From Macrostomum lignano (taxonomy: Eukaryota): a DNA stretch of 64,000 bases. The notes below the pieces were generated by a model that saw nothing but the letters and a program-made list of their open reading frames with translations, was not told the DNA's origin and did no database searches. Positions within the stretch are counted from its first letter, which is position 1. Each line of letters begins with the position of its first letter. The stretch spans positions 7,214-71,213 of the forward strand of contig NIVC01001642.1 in the NCBI GenBank assembly GCA_002269645.1. Reading direction: 5' to 3'. Of the stretch, positions 35,140-54,520 are shown one piece after another. Both the position numbers and the translations under genes were made by a program.

Positions 35140-35989
35140 TTTTTCAGTAGAGTTGGTTTAGTCAAACATACTGTCGTATCTACCTCGATAAGACTACGAG
35201 ATAAGAATGAATAGACAACAAGCTTTTATCAAAATTTAGTCTATGGAAATACGAGTATCACATTTAACTGGCGCTCGCTAAGGTCCCGGGTTCGATTCTG
35301 CAGTTTGCGAACAAAAACGTACCAGTATACCAGTCAATCTTCAAACACAAGGTGCCTGGCAATGAGATGAGCAATGAGCTAAAGTACTAAAACAAAATGC
35401 TAAGTTTGTCAGTAGCTACAATATTAAGATTCATTTTTCAGTTTACCGAGCATAATCAAACAGCCGCTTCAAGTCAGTATAATTGACGCCACAAGCTAGA
35501 TGTAAAATTGTCCTTGGTTGCTGCGAATAATTCTCCAGCAAACTTCACCGTTTCATCCTAGTGGTAACAGAAACGTCGGTATGTTTAAAAAACGCTTGGC
35601 AACATGCCATCAGCTTACAACTCAGAAGTCACAGCTCGGGTTCTACAACTGAGGAGTCGAGACAATCATGTTTCAAAGGCCGTCAATCGAGTGATGCTGA
35701 CGCTCCAAAGCGATGAAGAGCGGACAGTGCAAGATGCTGTTGAACCGATGTTAAGGTCGGGCAACGTGAACTACCGCGGCTGCAGGCAGTGAACGGAAGG
35801 TACCAGCTGCTCTGCTCTTCACGACTGGATGAAACTGTTCATCGGCCGCCCAGCCACTCTGAATGACCTCCAAAGCAGCCCTACGTTCGTTAACTTTGTC
35901 CTACCTCGTTTACCTTGTCCTACATTCTCAACTCTTACCTGTTGTTCGACCTAACTTGTTCTTAGTTTAAACATGCAGGGATCTTAGAG

Positions 35990-36200
35990 CCGTCAGCATG
36001 GTACCCTCAGGGCATGACTGCTTTTCTCGCTACCGCTTCCTTCAGGGCAGGGTAGAGCGATGCTTCTTTTGTCGCTCAGGCAGTGAAAACGCTGAGCACT
36101 TTATCTGCCACTGCCCCCGGTCTTCACCAGGGCCAGGCTCACTCAACTCGGGCCAAACCTGGTTTTCCCTGACGTTTGCAGGTTCGAGAGCATACCGCTG
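35990..36200 (+). mobile_element. Remnant of a non-LTR RT C-terminal zinc-binding motif
   Basis: CFFCRSGSENAEHFICHCP matches CxxC..E...H....CP; no RT upstream. Confidence 0.45.
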
Positions 36201-37423
36201 CTCGCCCGGTACCTCAGGGACACGGGACGAGCTGAGTTCTTCTCCACCGCCGGTGAGGAGGACCGCGCGGCAGGCGAAATCGACGGGTCCCCCTGAGAGA
36301 CATCACTTTGATGGAAAACATTGGTCGCCAGTGGCCAGCGAAATGGGCGGCGCGCCTCCTCCGCCTAGCGTTGCCCCCTGCAGCTGAGTCAACTCTATTG
36401 ACGAGTAGATCGACCCATTGACAATAGAATAGAATTGTACACAATCACCCGGGAGAACAGCTAAACTGACCATTTATCCCAGAATAGCGTCAGAAGAGAA
36501 AACGCAGAATGCGGTCTGTTTTCCGAAATTTGCGCATCATACAGCGTCCCCGTTTTATCTGTTGCTTTAGCTATTAAAAGCATCGCAGTTTGTAATGCAA
36601 CAACTGTGTAAAAATACCTACCTTGTACCTAGTTGCATTGGTATAAAATGAATAACGAAAAGTTAATGAATAATAATAGCCTAATCGATTCGTTTTGGCC
36701 GAAAAATAAGCTTCTTTAAGCTTCGTTGCTTCTCTCTGACCGCTCGCCCTGTGACTGTATTGTTTTGCTAACTTTCTAACGACGCAAACCCAAAACAGAA
36801 ATTATATGCGCAAATCTAAAAAGCAGGCATTCCGTCACGCTAGACGCCTCGGGTAGCTGCAACACCCACTGAGTTTGTTTATTTCTTCTCAGCAAATTTT
36901 GTGGTTTTTGCGAGTCAAAAACGAACAAAAAAGTTTTGAAGACATTTAATTTAAGCTACTCGACAAGCACTTTGATTTGTGATACTCGCCAAGTTGGAGG
37001 TTCCTTGCGATCTTTTCAGCAGCCAAGTTTACAGAAAGTTTAAACCGCATGCATAAGGAGAGTAATCTTTGCTGCAAGTGAAAGCGACGTGAACTTTTAG
37101 CTATTTGTGCTGTTGCGTGCAAGGTGAAGGTGTTAAATTACAACCTTAAACAGGTATGCCTTGTAAGAGACTGCAAAAATTTCGAGTGTATTTTGTATTC
37201 AGGATTCAAATTGTCGTGGAAGCGAATGCAGGTTTAAATTTGCAATGATTTTGCAAGAACAGAAAGGATGAGAGCGCGTAGTTATTTCCAAACTGGTTCG
37301 GTCTTAGCTTAGAGCTACATGTAGGTCGCAACTCTGTCTAACAAAAATGAAATATTCTGTCTGAAATACCAGTACTATCTAACAGGTGTCTACCATTCTG
37401 CCTAGCCGGTGTGTGAGGGATTA

Positions 37424-38137
37424 TCTTGTCTAACAGATGTGTGACACTATCCTGTCTAACAGATGTGTGACACTATCCTGTCTAACAGGTGTGTGACACT
37501 ATCCTGTCTAACAGGTGTGTGACACTATCCTCTCTAACAGGTGTGTGACACTGTCCTGTCTAACAGGTGTGTGACACTGTCCTGTCTAACAGGTGTGTGA
37601 CACTATCCTGTCTAACAGGTGTGTGACACTGTCCTGTCTAACAGGTGTGTGACACTATCCTGTCTAACAGGTGTGTGACACTATCCTGTCTAACAGGTGT
37701 GTGACACTATCCTGTCTAACAGATGTGTGACACGGTCCTGTGAAACAGGTGTGTGACACTATCCTGTCTAACAGGTGTGTGACACTATCCTGTCTAACAG
37801 GTGTGTGACACTATCCTGTCTAACAGGTGTGTGACACTATCCTGTCTAACAGATGTGTGACACGGTCCTGTGAAACAGGTGTGTGACACTATCCTGTCTA
37901 ACAGGTGTGTGACACTATCCTGTCTAACAGGTGTGTGACACTATCCTGTCTAACAGGTGTGTGACACTGTCCTGTCTAACAGGTGTGTGACACTATCCTG
38001 TCTAACAGGTGTGTGACACTAGCCTGTCTAACAGGTGTGTGACACTATCCTGTCTAACAGGTGTGTGACACTATCCTGTCTAACAGGTGTGTGACACTAT
38101 CCTGTCTAACAGATGTGTGACACGGTCCTGTGAAACA
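37424..38137. repeat. 26-bp tandem repeat (GTGACACTATCCTGTCTAACAGGTGT), about 27 copies
   Basis: Head-to-tail, near-identical units. Confidence 0.95.
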
Positions 38138-38899
38138 GTCGTGTGTGTGTGCACTCTATCATATGTATCACTTATGCACTGTAAAAAAGGTGCGAAAGTT
38201 AGACACAGTACAAAACACTTAGAAACTGTGAAAATATTCAGAATAAAATTACACGTTAAGTCACTAATTTTTTTGAACTCATTCAGAATTCCCAAACACA
38301 GCCGAGCTCTCGGTTCTGGAAAGAGCTGCAGCTCGAATAATGAATGACTCATGCCGGTAAACGCAAGCTTATATGCATACATGTCTACACATGTAAACAT
38401 GCAGTCAGAATTGCCGAAAATTCGGGTTTATAAAGACGCGAATTAATGCCAAGCCATGGAAACTTGATCCGTTCCATTCGCAGTATTATACATGTGCAGC
38501 ATTGGCGGAGTGCTGTGACAGGCTCTGCATGCATGCGGTGTAACTCCGCGGGTGCCAAAAGAAAGTGGTTTTCTCTGACAGTGTTCCCCCGCATGCCTGC
38601 TGTTGCTACCAGCTTCTGGAGTCATACAATCCAATTATATTATTAGCTTTTTCACCTGTGGTCGAATCGGAGAAGCTCTTGGCTAAGCAATTAGGTTAAA
38701 AAAGCAAGCCGGTCGCCCAGGAGTCGAACAGGCTCAGGCCAACACTATAAAGAATGAAATGTTGCCATTTTAGCCCTAGAAATTGCGTAGAATCCTAATT
38801 AATAAAAAACGCCTACGGCCGCTCTCTTTCTGCCACGAGCAACTTCTCGAAAGTTAGGAAAACTCTGCAGACAAAAAAGCCTAGCGCCTGGACAAAGTT

Positions 38900-44552
<5,653 letters not shown>

Positions 44553-45939
44553 GCTCTGTAGACGGGTTCGAGTTTTACAAGCTCGAAACATGAGCTCCAA
44601 CATGAAAGGGGTGTGCAACAGTGGGTCTGGGATAGGATGTTTGAAGGGCGTTTCCAGTCAGCAGTTGCAGTCGTTTTGATCCCAAGCTTAAATTAAAATC
44701 CCCTATCGGGCTTGCGAAAGTGGCATGATATTTGTTTTAGTTATTAAATACGGGTTGCTAAATTTCAAACTCGTGAAACAAACACTGGACTCGAGCTGGC
44801 ATTCGTAGAAAAAAGATTGTTCATGTTGATTTCATGGACTGTACTGGCAGGTACATGTGCTAGTAGGTGACTTTCAGGGTCAACAGCTAGTAGTGCGCTT
44901 TGAAATGGATTGACAAAATCTGGAGATTTTTAGTCCTGTAAAACTTAATTGCAGCCCTATAGAAGCTGGAAAAGATCATAACACTCAGACGAGAATATTG
45001 TTTGTCTGTCGTAATATTTTAGTAACATTTCTTATTTTATTTGCTATAGCTACTCAAGTTCAATTTGAACAGAAGTCTCTTGTATGTTTCTTTGAGTAGA
45101 AAATAGAGCTATAGAATATAACTTCTTTGAATGAAGGACTTCAGTGAAGTTCAGTAACAGTAAGAGTTCATTGAGGCCTTTATCATCATGTTTTACCAAT
45201 TGATATTGTTCCTATGAGACTGCAGCTGCTGGTAATTCATCCGGTTTAAGTCCGCCTCGCTAAATACCCACATTATCTGGTTATTTCTGAAGGCGCCGTA
45301 ATCACACAAAACACAAGAACTCGTCCTTACTTATTTAAACAAAATACGGCATCGAGTTACAACAAATAATTTAAACAGTAAACTAATTTCAAAACAAATA
45401 CATGTATTATCCCATTTGTTTATAAGCTTAATGATCACAGTGTACTCGTAATGTTATACTTGCATAAATACTACTATACTAACATTTTAACTAGCTATAG
45501 CATGTATGGTTGGACCAAGAGCTGCTTCAAGCGAATATTTATGTCTAAAAATTCGAAACTATGATTTTTATTAAATTCTGCTTTCGCATGGATCAAAAAT
45601 AGATTTGTTTAAAAGAACCAAAAAAATTTTCTCTTTTCAAGTGCTGATTTGGATACCATTTTGTTGCTAGCTACCGCTACTTTTAGTAGTTCGTCTCAGT
45701 TAAACACGAGTTTTGTTTTAATAAAGTATAACTAAACAAATTTAAATAGCTACCGTTTCACACCATCGTTCAAAAAGCTTCAATCTAGTGCCTTCTGAGT
45801 TTTAAATGTGACATTATAAGCCGAAATGAGCTTAGGAAGTTAATAATGATGTGTTCTTTAAAAATATTATATAGGTAAAATCAAACAACCCGTTCTCGTA
45901 CACACATCGCGGAATTCCTGCTACAAACTGCTTTAATTA

Positions 45940-48875
45940 TATATTATACAAAGTATAGGGACGCAAAGATTATGGTAGGCGTCTTGCGCGCACGCGCTCG
46001 CAGAAGAGACGAGAAAGACAGTTTTTGACAGATTGTGGGGTCAGGCTTGTAGGTCAGACTCTAGCGTGGCGGTCAGCGTGGTGGTCCGGCCTTGGCCCCG
46101 TCGGAGACGCTCGGTTGGCTGATGCAGCAGGGTGAGCGCCAGCGGGTTTTGCTCCCCTCTGCCATAGCTGAGGAAGCAGTGGCCGACGAGCATTAGCCGG
46201 CGCCGCTGGAGGGTGGCACTGAGCTGAGGCACGCGGGCTCTCGCCATCAGCAGGTCCGTCGGCAGCCGCTCGGGGTAATGGATGCCAAGGGCGAACCGCA
46301 GCAGCGATCGGTAGGCAGCGTCCAGGGCTCGAGACCTCGAGTCGGTCATTGGCACTGCCTCCAGTCCGTACAGGAAGATTGGCTCTACGGCAGCGCGGAA
46401 CAGGCGCATCTTCAGGTCGTCGTTGGCAGCTGAGCTGAAGACCTCCCTGAGGAGATGAGCCGCACGCCAGGCCTGTGACCTCCGGTCAGCGATGATGGAG
46501 TCAGGGCTCATCACGAGGGAGCACAGGTACCGGAAGTCTCTGCAGACTGAAATATGACTTGCCCATCTGGTAGGGTCAGGATTGGTGCTGCATCGGTGCC
46601 CACGTGCAGCACCTTCGTCTTGCGTGCGTTGATTTGGAGTCGGACTCGGGCGCTCTCCTCATAGAGTCTCGAGAGCGCTCTCTGGGCGGCAGTCGGACTG
46701 CGGCACAGCAGGGCGATGTCGTCGGCGTACGCGAGGGCGGGCAAAGGGGCAGCACCGCGGCAGCTCCGTCGTGACGCCAGCAGGTAACTGTCCTCTGTGA
46801 GGCTTCGGCGCAGCACGTAGTCGACGACAAGGATGAAGAGCAGAGGGGCCAACGTGTCACCATGGAGGACTCCGGAGCTGGTGCAGAAGTCCTCAGTTGG
46901 ACCATCGCTGGTTTAGACAAAGGCTTTGCTGTTGTTGTAGAGGTCCATCACTGCAGAGATAAGAGCCGGGGGGGACACGCCATAGTGCTCGAGCAGCCAC
47001 GCGATCGCGCGCCGGCACACTGAGTAAAAAGCTTTGCGGAAGTCCACAAAGACAATTGACGCAGCTCTTTGGTGAGTTTTACAGGCCTCGACGACTGCTC
47101 GAAGGGCTGCAATCTGCTCTGTTGTCGAGCGGCCGGGCCTGAAGCCACTTTGGAGGCTCAGGATCATTTGTTTGAGGCCAGACAGCAGCCGATTACGCAG
47201 TATAGCATTGAGCAGCTTAGCCAGAGTGCATTCCAGAGCAACGTCGCGTTGGTTGTCCAGACTGGTGGATGCGCCCTTCTTGGGGATGGAGACGATCTTA
47301 AAGGTGCGCCAGTTGTCAGCAGCAGTAGCATCTGGGTTGCCTCCAAGCGGACAGTGCTTGTTGAGCACAGTCGTGATGTCCTGTGTCAGCTCCGGCAGCT
47401 TGAGCACCCTGGGTGGAATGCCATCTACTCCGGCGGCAGCGTCGGGGCGCATGGTCTTGAGCACTCGGTTCACCAAGTAGGCAGTCAGCGGGCCGGAGTT
47501 GAAAGTCGAGGGCTCAGCCGGGGTAAAGTTTTCGATCGGCAGCAAAGCAGCAGAGAGCGGTGGAGCGTTGAGCTCATTGTGGTAGTGAGTGGCCAGCAGG
47601 GCTTTGCGATTGTGTATGGACTCAGCACCTACAGCGGCATTGGCCCTCTGCTTCCTGCCAGTCAGGCGGTTGATGGCGCGCCAGGCCGCTGTGTGCCGGC
47701 AGTTGTCTGTCGCTAGTTGAATTTCAGCAACAGCCTCCTGGACAAAGGCTTCGGTCCTCCGGGCATGCGTGTCGCGTAGTTGGGCCCGGGCTGTTTCAGC
47801 CTGCTCACTGTCTTGGCCAAAGACTGCGGTTGTTCTTTGCACGTCGCGCCTAGCGATGGAGATCTCCTCGTCGGAGTCCCAGGCGGCTTTTGGCTGGTGC
47901 GGTGTTCGTTTTGGTAGGATCGAGGCAGCTTTCTCAACAGCTCTGGTGAAGGCGTCCGCCGATTCATTCAGGGCCGGAGTAGCATTTTGCAGTTTTTCAA
48001 TGAACGCACTGTGCGTGTCTGGGTTTCTCAGATCTGCTCAGAGGGGGGTGCGGTGGGCCAGCCTTGAACTTTTTCCATCGGCAGTCGATGTCGCAGGCCA
48101 GCAGAGAATGGTCGGACCTCACGCATCTGGGGCGGATTTGACCACTTTGCGCAGTCGAGAACTGATGGCCGAAGGGCACAAAATCCAGTCCAGCCTGGTG
48201 GTCCGTCCATTTGGGCCGAAGAAGGTGGGCAGCTTGTTGTACCGCTGCCGCATGACACCATTGGCTGCAATCAGGTCTTGAGAGTGAATGAAAGTTGACA
48301 GGAAGTCCGAGTTGGTGTTGGTGGAGCCGCAGTTTTTCTTCACCAGGCGGCCATCAGGGGACAGTGGCGCGTTGAAGTCTCCAGCCACAAAAAGCAGGTC
48401 GCGACCAGGGACCGAGTCGATGAGCAATCCCAGGTGGTCATACATTGACTCAGTCTCGGTAGGGTCAGTAGCTGTGCGTGGGGCTGTGGGGGCGTAGACG
48501 CAGATTACATGAAGGCGCCTGTCCTTCTTGGCAAAAGAGGTAATGTCAAGGCGGTCGGTTGGGAAGCTGGCATTCAGAAGGGCCCTTGAGGCACTAGGTG
48601 ACAGCAGAAACCCGATGCCTCCAGAGCCCTGGGCTGAGGCTGGGGCGGCTCGGAACTGCCAGCCAAGGCCTGGATCAGCGCACTCTTCGGTGCTCCTGCG
48701 GTGTTCTTGGACAGCCAGAATGGAGATGTTCATGCTCTTTGCCAGCTTGGTTAGCTCGTGCAGTCTCCAGGGGGCAGTGAGCGTTCGTGCGTTGAAGGTA
48801 GCAAGTCTTGTGCAGTTATCAAGCTGGTTTTGACTTTCTTTGGTTGTCTCAATTGTTCTGCTAGCTGGTGCAGTT
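45940..48875 (-). mobile_element. RTE-like non-LTR retrotransposon, near-complete APE endonuclease plus RT ORF, with frameshifts
   Basis: ATFNARTL, LAVQEHR, ICVYAPT, AGDFNA, LDWIL (endonuclease); QSGFRPGRSTTEQI, FVDFRKAF, GDTLAPLLF, AYADDIAL (RT). Possible TSD CTTTAATTA at 45931-45939 and 48876-48884. Confidence 0.92.
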
Positions 48876-49470
48876 CTTTAATTAAGTCTATTTAAATTAC
48901 GATTTTGAAAAAATTTAGAAAAGCTGGAGTTCTAAAATTCAACTTAATTAGCCATACCCATACGGCAATTCTACGCAGATGATAAATAAGAGTACATGCA
49001 AGTCAGAGTTGGTACAAGGACTACACTACATAAATACGTTACTTTAGTCGTCCTTGAGTTGGTATAGACTCCTGGTTCTATTCTGTGATTCTGTGGTCGC
49101 AGTCATTTGGTCTTGTGCGTGCACGAAAATTGGTGAGCGCGATTCACACCCGTACCGGTACGCCAAGCGCACTCCTAGGCTGATTTCTCTCTGGGGTTTA
49201 CGAGATTAAAAACCTGTGAATAATCAGTTTAAGCTGTGATCGGATATCACCTACGTCTACATGAACACTGTCAAAGTTTTTAAAGCCGCGCATTCTCGTC
49301 TGCAAGTCTGTTGACAAGATTTTAAAGTCCTCTGACTTTCAGTACACCGAAATCTATGCAGTATACGTACAATTGTACATGTTGTTACGCAATACGTTGC
49401 CTATAAATAACTGAAAGTTTAAATATCAACTACACTGGACTTCGTGCACTTGGCTTACTAATACATAAAC

Positions 49471-50764
49471 ATGTCTGTTGCGTATTCCGACATAAAACTC
49501 TATTTGCTTAGTGGCGCATACGACGTCCCTGTGTCTTTAACAACAACTAAGGAGAAGAATAATTTCAAAAGCAAGGTTCGGCAAAAGGCGCGCAACTTCA
49601 AGTACGAGGGCCAGCAGCTGTTCTATCAGCTCTCAGCTCGGGATGATAATCAGAAGAAGCGCCATCGGTCAAGGGAGCGTCGCCTGGAGGTTGAAGAACA
49701 AGAAGAACGGAGTCGATTAATTCAAGAGTATCACACCTCTGCGACTGGAGGAGCTCATCAGGGGATAAAGTCCACCCTATCGAAGCTGCAGGGACGATTT
49801 CATTGGGACGGCATGACGAAATCTGTGCAAGATTACGTTCAGAAGTGCGCCGTCTGCCAGCGCAACAACAAGAGGGCCGTGGCGAACGAACCCCAGTTGA
49901 CGCCAATTTTGATTCCTTCGATGGCCGAACGAGTATTCGGTTTTGTCTGCGTTGACTACGTCAGGTTCGAGCCATCTTCGAAAGGTGATTGTTTAATCGA
50001 TTAATAGCTTTTGTGGCTACGTGTATCAAATCTAAGTAGCATACTCTCATTCATTTTAATTCATTTTTATTGACAAGAGACGAACCTCTGCTTATCACCC
50101 CCAGGTTAGTAAAGTTAATATTTTTTTGCCTTCCATGCTCTCAGTAATAAGTCTTAATTCGAATAAGTTCATATTCGATATTAAAGAACTGACAATGCTC
50201 TTTCAGACCAACGGTCAGTGCGAGCGCCTCAAACAGAGCTTAGTCGCAGCTCTGCGCAAAATGTGCGACCAGGACTCTGACTCTGCGGCATGGGATGATT
50301 ATGTCGATGGCGCAGTTCTGGCGTACAACAGTCGCGTGCACTCGACAACTGGCGTCTCGCCTTACAAGGCCGTGTTCGGCAACGAACCACGACTTCCCCA
50401 TGACAGCATCGGACCAGCAGACGCTGCCATGGTCGGTGACGTCACGATTCGTCATGTAGAGAGAAAGTCCGAAGCACGTGGGCGGACCATTGAGTTGATG
50501 CGTCGACGCATCCGTCGGGCGCAGCAAGCTATGCAGCAGTACCATCAGCAGCGTCTGGCGTCTGCCAGCAGCCTCAGCTTCAAAGTCGGAGACAAGGTGC
50601 TGCTGCGGAACTTCGACCGTGACGATCGGAAAGGCGGCAAATTGAAGACACCATGGTGCGCCAAGGTTTACACGGTCGAACGTGTCCTAAGCAACAACCT
50701 GTACCGACTCGAGGGGAGATCTACAGCGATCAATGGCCGCCACCTGAAAAAATACCACGAATAG
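49471..50764 (+). mobile_element. Stand-alone Gypsy-type integrase (Ginger/GIN1-like) with spliceosomal intron(s); catalytic core partly deleted
   Basis: H2C2 zinc domain (EYHTSATGGAHQG...CAVCQR), VCVDY, RRTSAYHPQ|TNGQCER split by a GT-AG intron (50105-50206), AYNSRVHSTTGVSPY and a GPY/F-like C-terminus. No RT/RNase H upstream; the segment containing the second Asp is absent. Confidence 0.75.
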
Positions 50765-52059
50765 GTGATTTACAGAATTTGAATTTCTAATATTTGAAAG
50801 TAGCTTTAGGCTCCTAAATAAAATAATCGTTGCACAAGATCAAAATGCTTGATATGAACGAAAAACTAAAAAGTTTCTAACTTGACTCAGTAGAAACTTT
50901 GAGCTTTAAAGCAATGTACACTTAATGGAAGATCTAGAAAGTAGGACTTAAACGATAAGAAAGTTTGATAATTCAACATATGCTCGTAATTTCTTTGCGC
51001 ATATTTGAAAATGTGCAGGATTTGTGCAGGACTGTCTAAATTAGCAATTTACGGATAAATTATTTTTCATAATTCATAACCTTTCATATTTCATAGCCTT
51101 ACAATACGAGCGTATTATAAAGTTTTATAATTTACATAATTTATTTAGTTTTGGATTGCTCTTGTCTTTTTTGTAGCAATATGCACTTTACAGTAATAAT
51201 TTATTGTCTACTTGCAAAGTTGTCGGAATATTTTAAGACGAATAAAATAAGGCATACGATAGTTTCTGCTCAGGGAGTGAGAGAATTCAAGATGGCCGAA
51301 TGAGTTTGGATAAATGAAAAGTATTTGGCCAAATACGTTTGTCGTCTTATTTCATTCAGCCGAATAAAACAACGCAGAATTTTTTTAAGACGTGACACCT
51401 GTCGGTATAGGAGTGCAAAAGCGATTATCTCACCGAAAGCGTTACAGCGTTTTTGATATTTATTTTTCCACATCTTGTGCATTAATTGGACTGTAGGAAT
51501 TTCTTATGATATTTGTCGATATGATTGCTTAAATGCAGACAGTATTTTATCTCGTAATCACAACGCTCCAACGCTATAATTTCATTGTCAATCAATGAGC
51601 CTTCAGGCCTGCCTGTCAATTTAAGTAGTTAGCAGACAAAAAAATGAAGGAAACCCAAGCCCAGCCCCTGAAGGCGCCCCATGGTTGGGTGTTGACGCCG
51701 AAAAATTGCAGATATTCTAGCTCTGAAGGGTTTCAGCATCTTCCGCATTTCTCGTTAAAGAGCTGTGCTAGCTACTTTTTAAGAGTGGCACATTTTGAGT
51801 CATTTTCCTCGCAGCGATACTTTTCTCAACCATGCAAGCCAATCTTGAATGCGAGATGTGTGAAGTCAACCAGCCAGCCTCGCCAACACCACCTAGGAGC
51901 AGAAATATAACCAGAATCTTAAGTGGAACGGTAGCAGGTGTCAGCGACACACGGCCAATAAGAAATTCTCTGGTGTGAGAGAAGTTTGTGATAAATACGA
52001 GTATAAGGCTCAGAGAGGCGCAAGTCCCAACAATATATTCCATATCACGACAATCCAAA

Positions 52060-53025
52060 ATGATAGCTCTACTACTGCTCGCATCGCTTCTGAGCAGCCC
52101 TTGCTCAGCCTCCGGCCAGACGCAGCAGTGCACAGGCGGTCTCCGTCGCTACCAAAACTACAGCCTGCAGCCGGACTGCAGCGACTCCAACAGCACAGCT
52201 GATGAAGCAGGCGACTCTGTCACGGTGGCCACCTCAAGCCCACTCACCTGTGCACTCATTGCCAGCCAGAATGCCGCTGCTCCAGCTGCACTCGTCATGA
52301 TGAGCTCTCTGACCCACAACTCCATCAGCGAGTGCCGCATCGTCTCTGCTTCGTGCCAGCGCTTCAAGCTGATCAACAAGTCGGAATCAGCTCGGCGACC
52401 GACTCCCGTGCTTGTTCTGGTGAGGTCAGCTGACTCGAAGGCGTTCCTTGTGTTCTCAATCAAGGCCGGCAGCGGAGTGAAGTCATGGCAGCTGTTCACA
52501 GGCGGCGTCGCGGCGTCCAGCAGCGAGCGGCTGCTGCTGCAGTCGATGGATTCCCCTCTGCTGCCGGACAGGTTCAGGTCCGACCTGCTGGACAGGATGC
52601 CGAGTCTGCTGCGAGCCCTGGCCTTCAAGCAGCTCATTGTGTGCTTGTACAGGCCTGGCGGGGAGCTGGCGGTGAAGCTGGTGTTCGACGTGTCCGGTCT
52701 GGGCGACTCCATCGACAGGGAGAACTGGTTCCACTGGCGCCACCTCGTCTACAGCTGGCCCGTGCCCGACCTGAGCAACCGGTCGTTTGATATATTCAGC
52801 ATTAAAGGTCATGACGGTTACGAGCGGAGATTTTTCTTGAGTTACCGCTTCCAATCCTGTGAAACAGAGACCGGATTCCTGCTCGTATTCGACAGAAGTT
52901 CCTCAGGATGCCCTTGGCTTTACTCGATCAGACCGGAGCCCCGGATTGTCTACAATCCGTCAGACAGCGGCTTGTGGAACGAAGGTGCTACGGATGCCGA
53001 ATACTTAGCCATCTGGGCTAGATGA
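52060..53025 (+). CDS. Secreted protein (321 aa), Cys-containing N-terminal module plus unassigned C-terminal domain, single coding exon
   Basis: Signal peptide MIALLLLASLLSSPCSASG; long GC-rich ORF. The C-terminal part has ENWFHW, FSIKGH, RRFF, C..E.G.L.V.D....C.W and PRIVY. Confidence 0.8.
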   Translation: MIALLLLASLLSSPCSASGQTQQCTGGLRRYQNYSLQPDCSDSNSTADEAGDSVTVATSSPLTCALIASQNAAAPAALVMMSSLTHNSISECRIVSASCQRFKLINKSESARRPTPVLVLVRSADSKAFLVFSIKAGSGVKSWQLFTGGVAASSSERLLLQSMDSPLLPDRFRSDLLDRMPSLLRALAFKQLIVCLYRPGGELAVKLVFDVSGLGDSIDRENWFHWRHLVYSWPVPDLSNRSFDIFSIKGHDGYERRFFLSYRFQSCETETGFLLVFDRSSSGCPWLYSIRPEPRIVYNPSDSGLWNEGATDAEYLAIWAR

Positions 53026-54520
53026 AAACTTATAAATCAATCGAGGCTGTTTGCGTTTTTTGTGGTAGATCGCTATGCAGGGACTTCTAAATTGAACCGA
53101 ATAGAGTCTTACTGAACATTTTACACACTATAACTTAATCTACGAAAAGTCAACGTAGCAAGCAAAGACGCAAACTTTTCAATAATATGTCCTTTTTATA
53201 AATAGTCTACGGACGTCGATGACAAGATATGTACTTTAACATTGCACCGACGAGATCAGCCGATGTATGACGTCGTTATCCGTTGATGTAATGTACAAAG
53301 CACATGCATTTTTGTCCTCGACGTCAGATTGCTGTACGTGTTTGAGTAAACAGGCTGCATAAAGGAAGACAATTCTATAAAGTGTTAGGTTAGCCTGTGT
53401 GACGTATTAATGTGGCGGCCTCGAGAATAATCAGCAAAGGCAAATGAATACGGCAGAGGCAATTTTGTAGCGGTAGCACTTAATTGGCAATAATATCAGT
53501 TAATGCGATCAATGGCCGCAGACTTGGTTTTTTGGAACAGTTGTTATTGTCAACAGAGACAGGTCAAAATACAAGTTGGATTCGTAACGATGCACTGGCG
53601 GCTACACAACAATGAATAGATAGCTTAGGTAGTAGAAGTGGCGTGACTGAGAGTGGCAGAGGCGTGGCCTAGGGCCGTGGCGTAGTAAGGCAGGAAGAGA
53701 AGGCAACCAAACAATTAAGAGTGCCGGGCGGCAAGGGTTTACCGGCGGGGACGTAAAGCCAGGATCCAAGAAAACCCCGAGCGCACGGCCAGACAGAACT
53801 GATAAGGAGCGGGCTGGGGGTGGGTGCGCGAGGAGAACTTAGTATAATTAATGCGCGGCTTTTCCATTGGCCGGCTGGGAAAAACAGAAAACAGAAATTA
53901 TCGATCGCGCGCTGTACGCAGGCTTTAAAAATGTACGCAGCTGATTAAAATTCTTTGGGCACTACTTTAAGCAGACGTGAGAGAACGAAACTAATAATAT
54001 TGTAGATTGGTACCGTATGTCAAAACGGCTCTTGGCGGGGCTACTTAAACTGACAACGTCACACCTGGATCGATACCCAATTTAACTGATAAACGATCGT
54101 GAAGTGCTGCTAATTGTTTTTGTACTGAATGTAATTGCATGCATATATAGACGTTTTTCTTAGAGCCTGTGCAAACACACTTCACCCCGATAATTTACAA
54201 TGAAAACGGAACGAGATCGAGCTAGCTAGATACGGCGCGGGAACCTGGGAATTATAATTGCGATCTTTATCGACTAGATGAATTATACGCAGCAAAGTGA
54301 TAGTGCATGCATTGGCCTGCTTGAAAAATTTGGGATAAATAGAGAAATTTTTATAAAAGAAAAGAAAATACATCACCCCACTTTGCATGTATGCTCCGCA
54401 GCGTTCAGCACATGGAGTTTTGCCTTCAGATATACATGTACATCCCGGATATTGCATGCAGTTTTACATTTACATGCAACCGAACACTGCATTTTTATAA
54501 TTCCATGTTCATGTACAATT

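Noticed and set aside
35268-35305. B-box-like GGTTCGATTC as a tRNA
   Set aside because: No A box or cloverleaf; at most a SINE scrap.
35604-35900. Short coding-looking ORF
   Set aside because: No motif, splice support or homolog recognisable.
49200-51450. TIRs around the Ginger-like integrase
   Set aside because: Candidate TGTCA...TGACA ends do not extend into a convincing inverted repeat.
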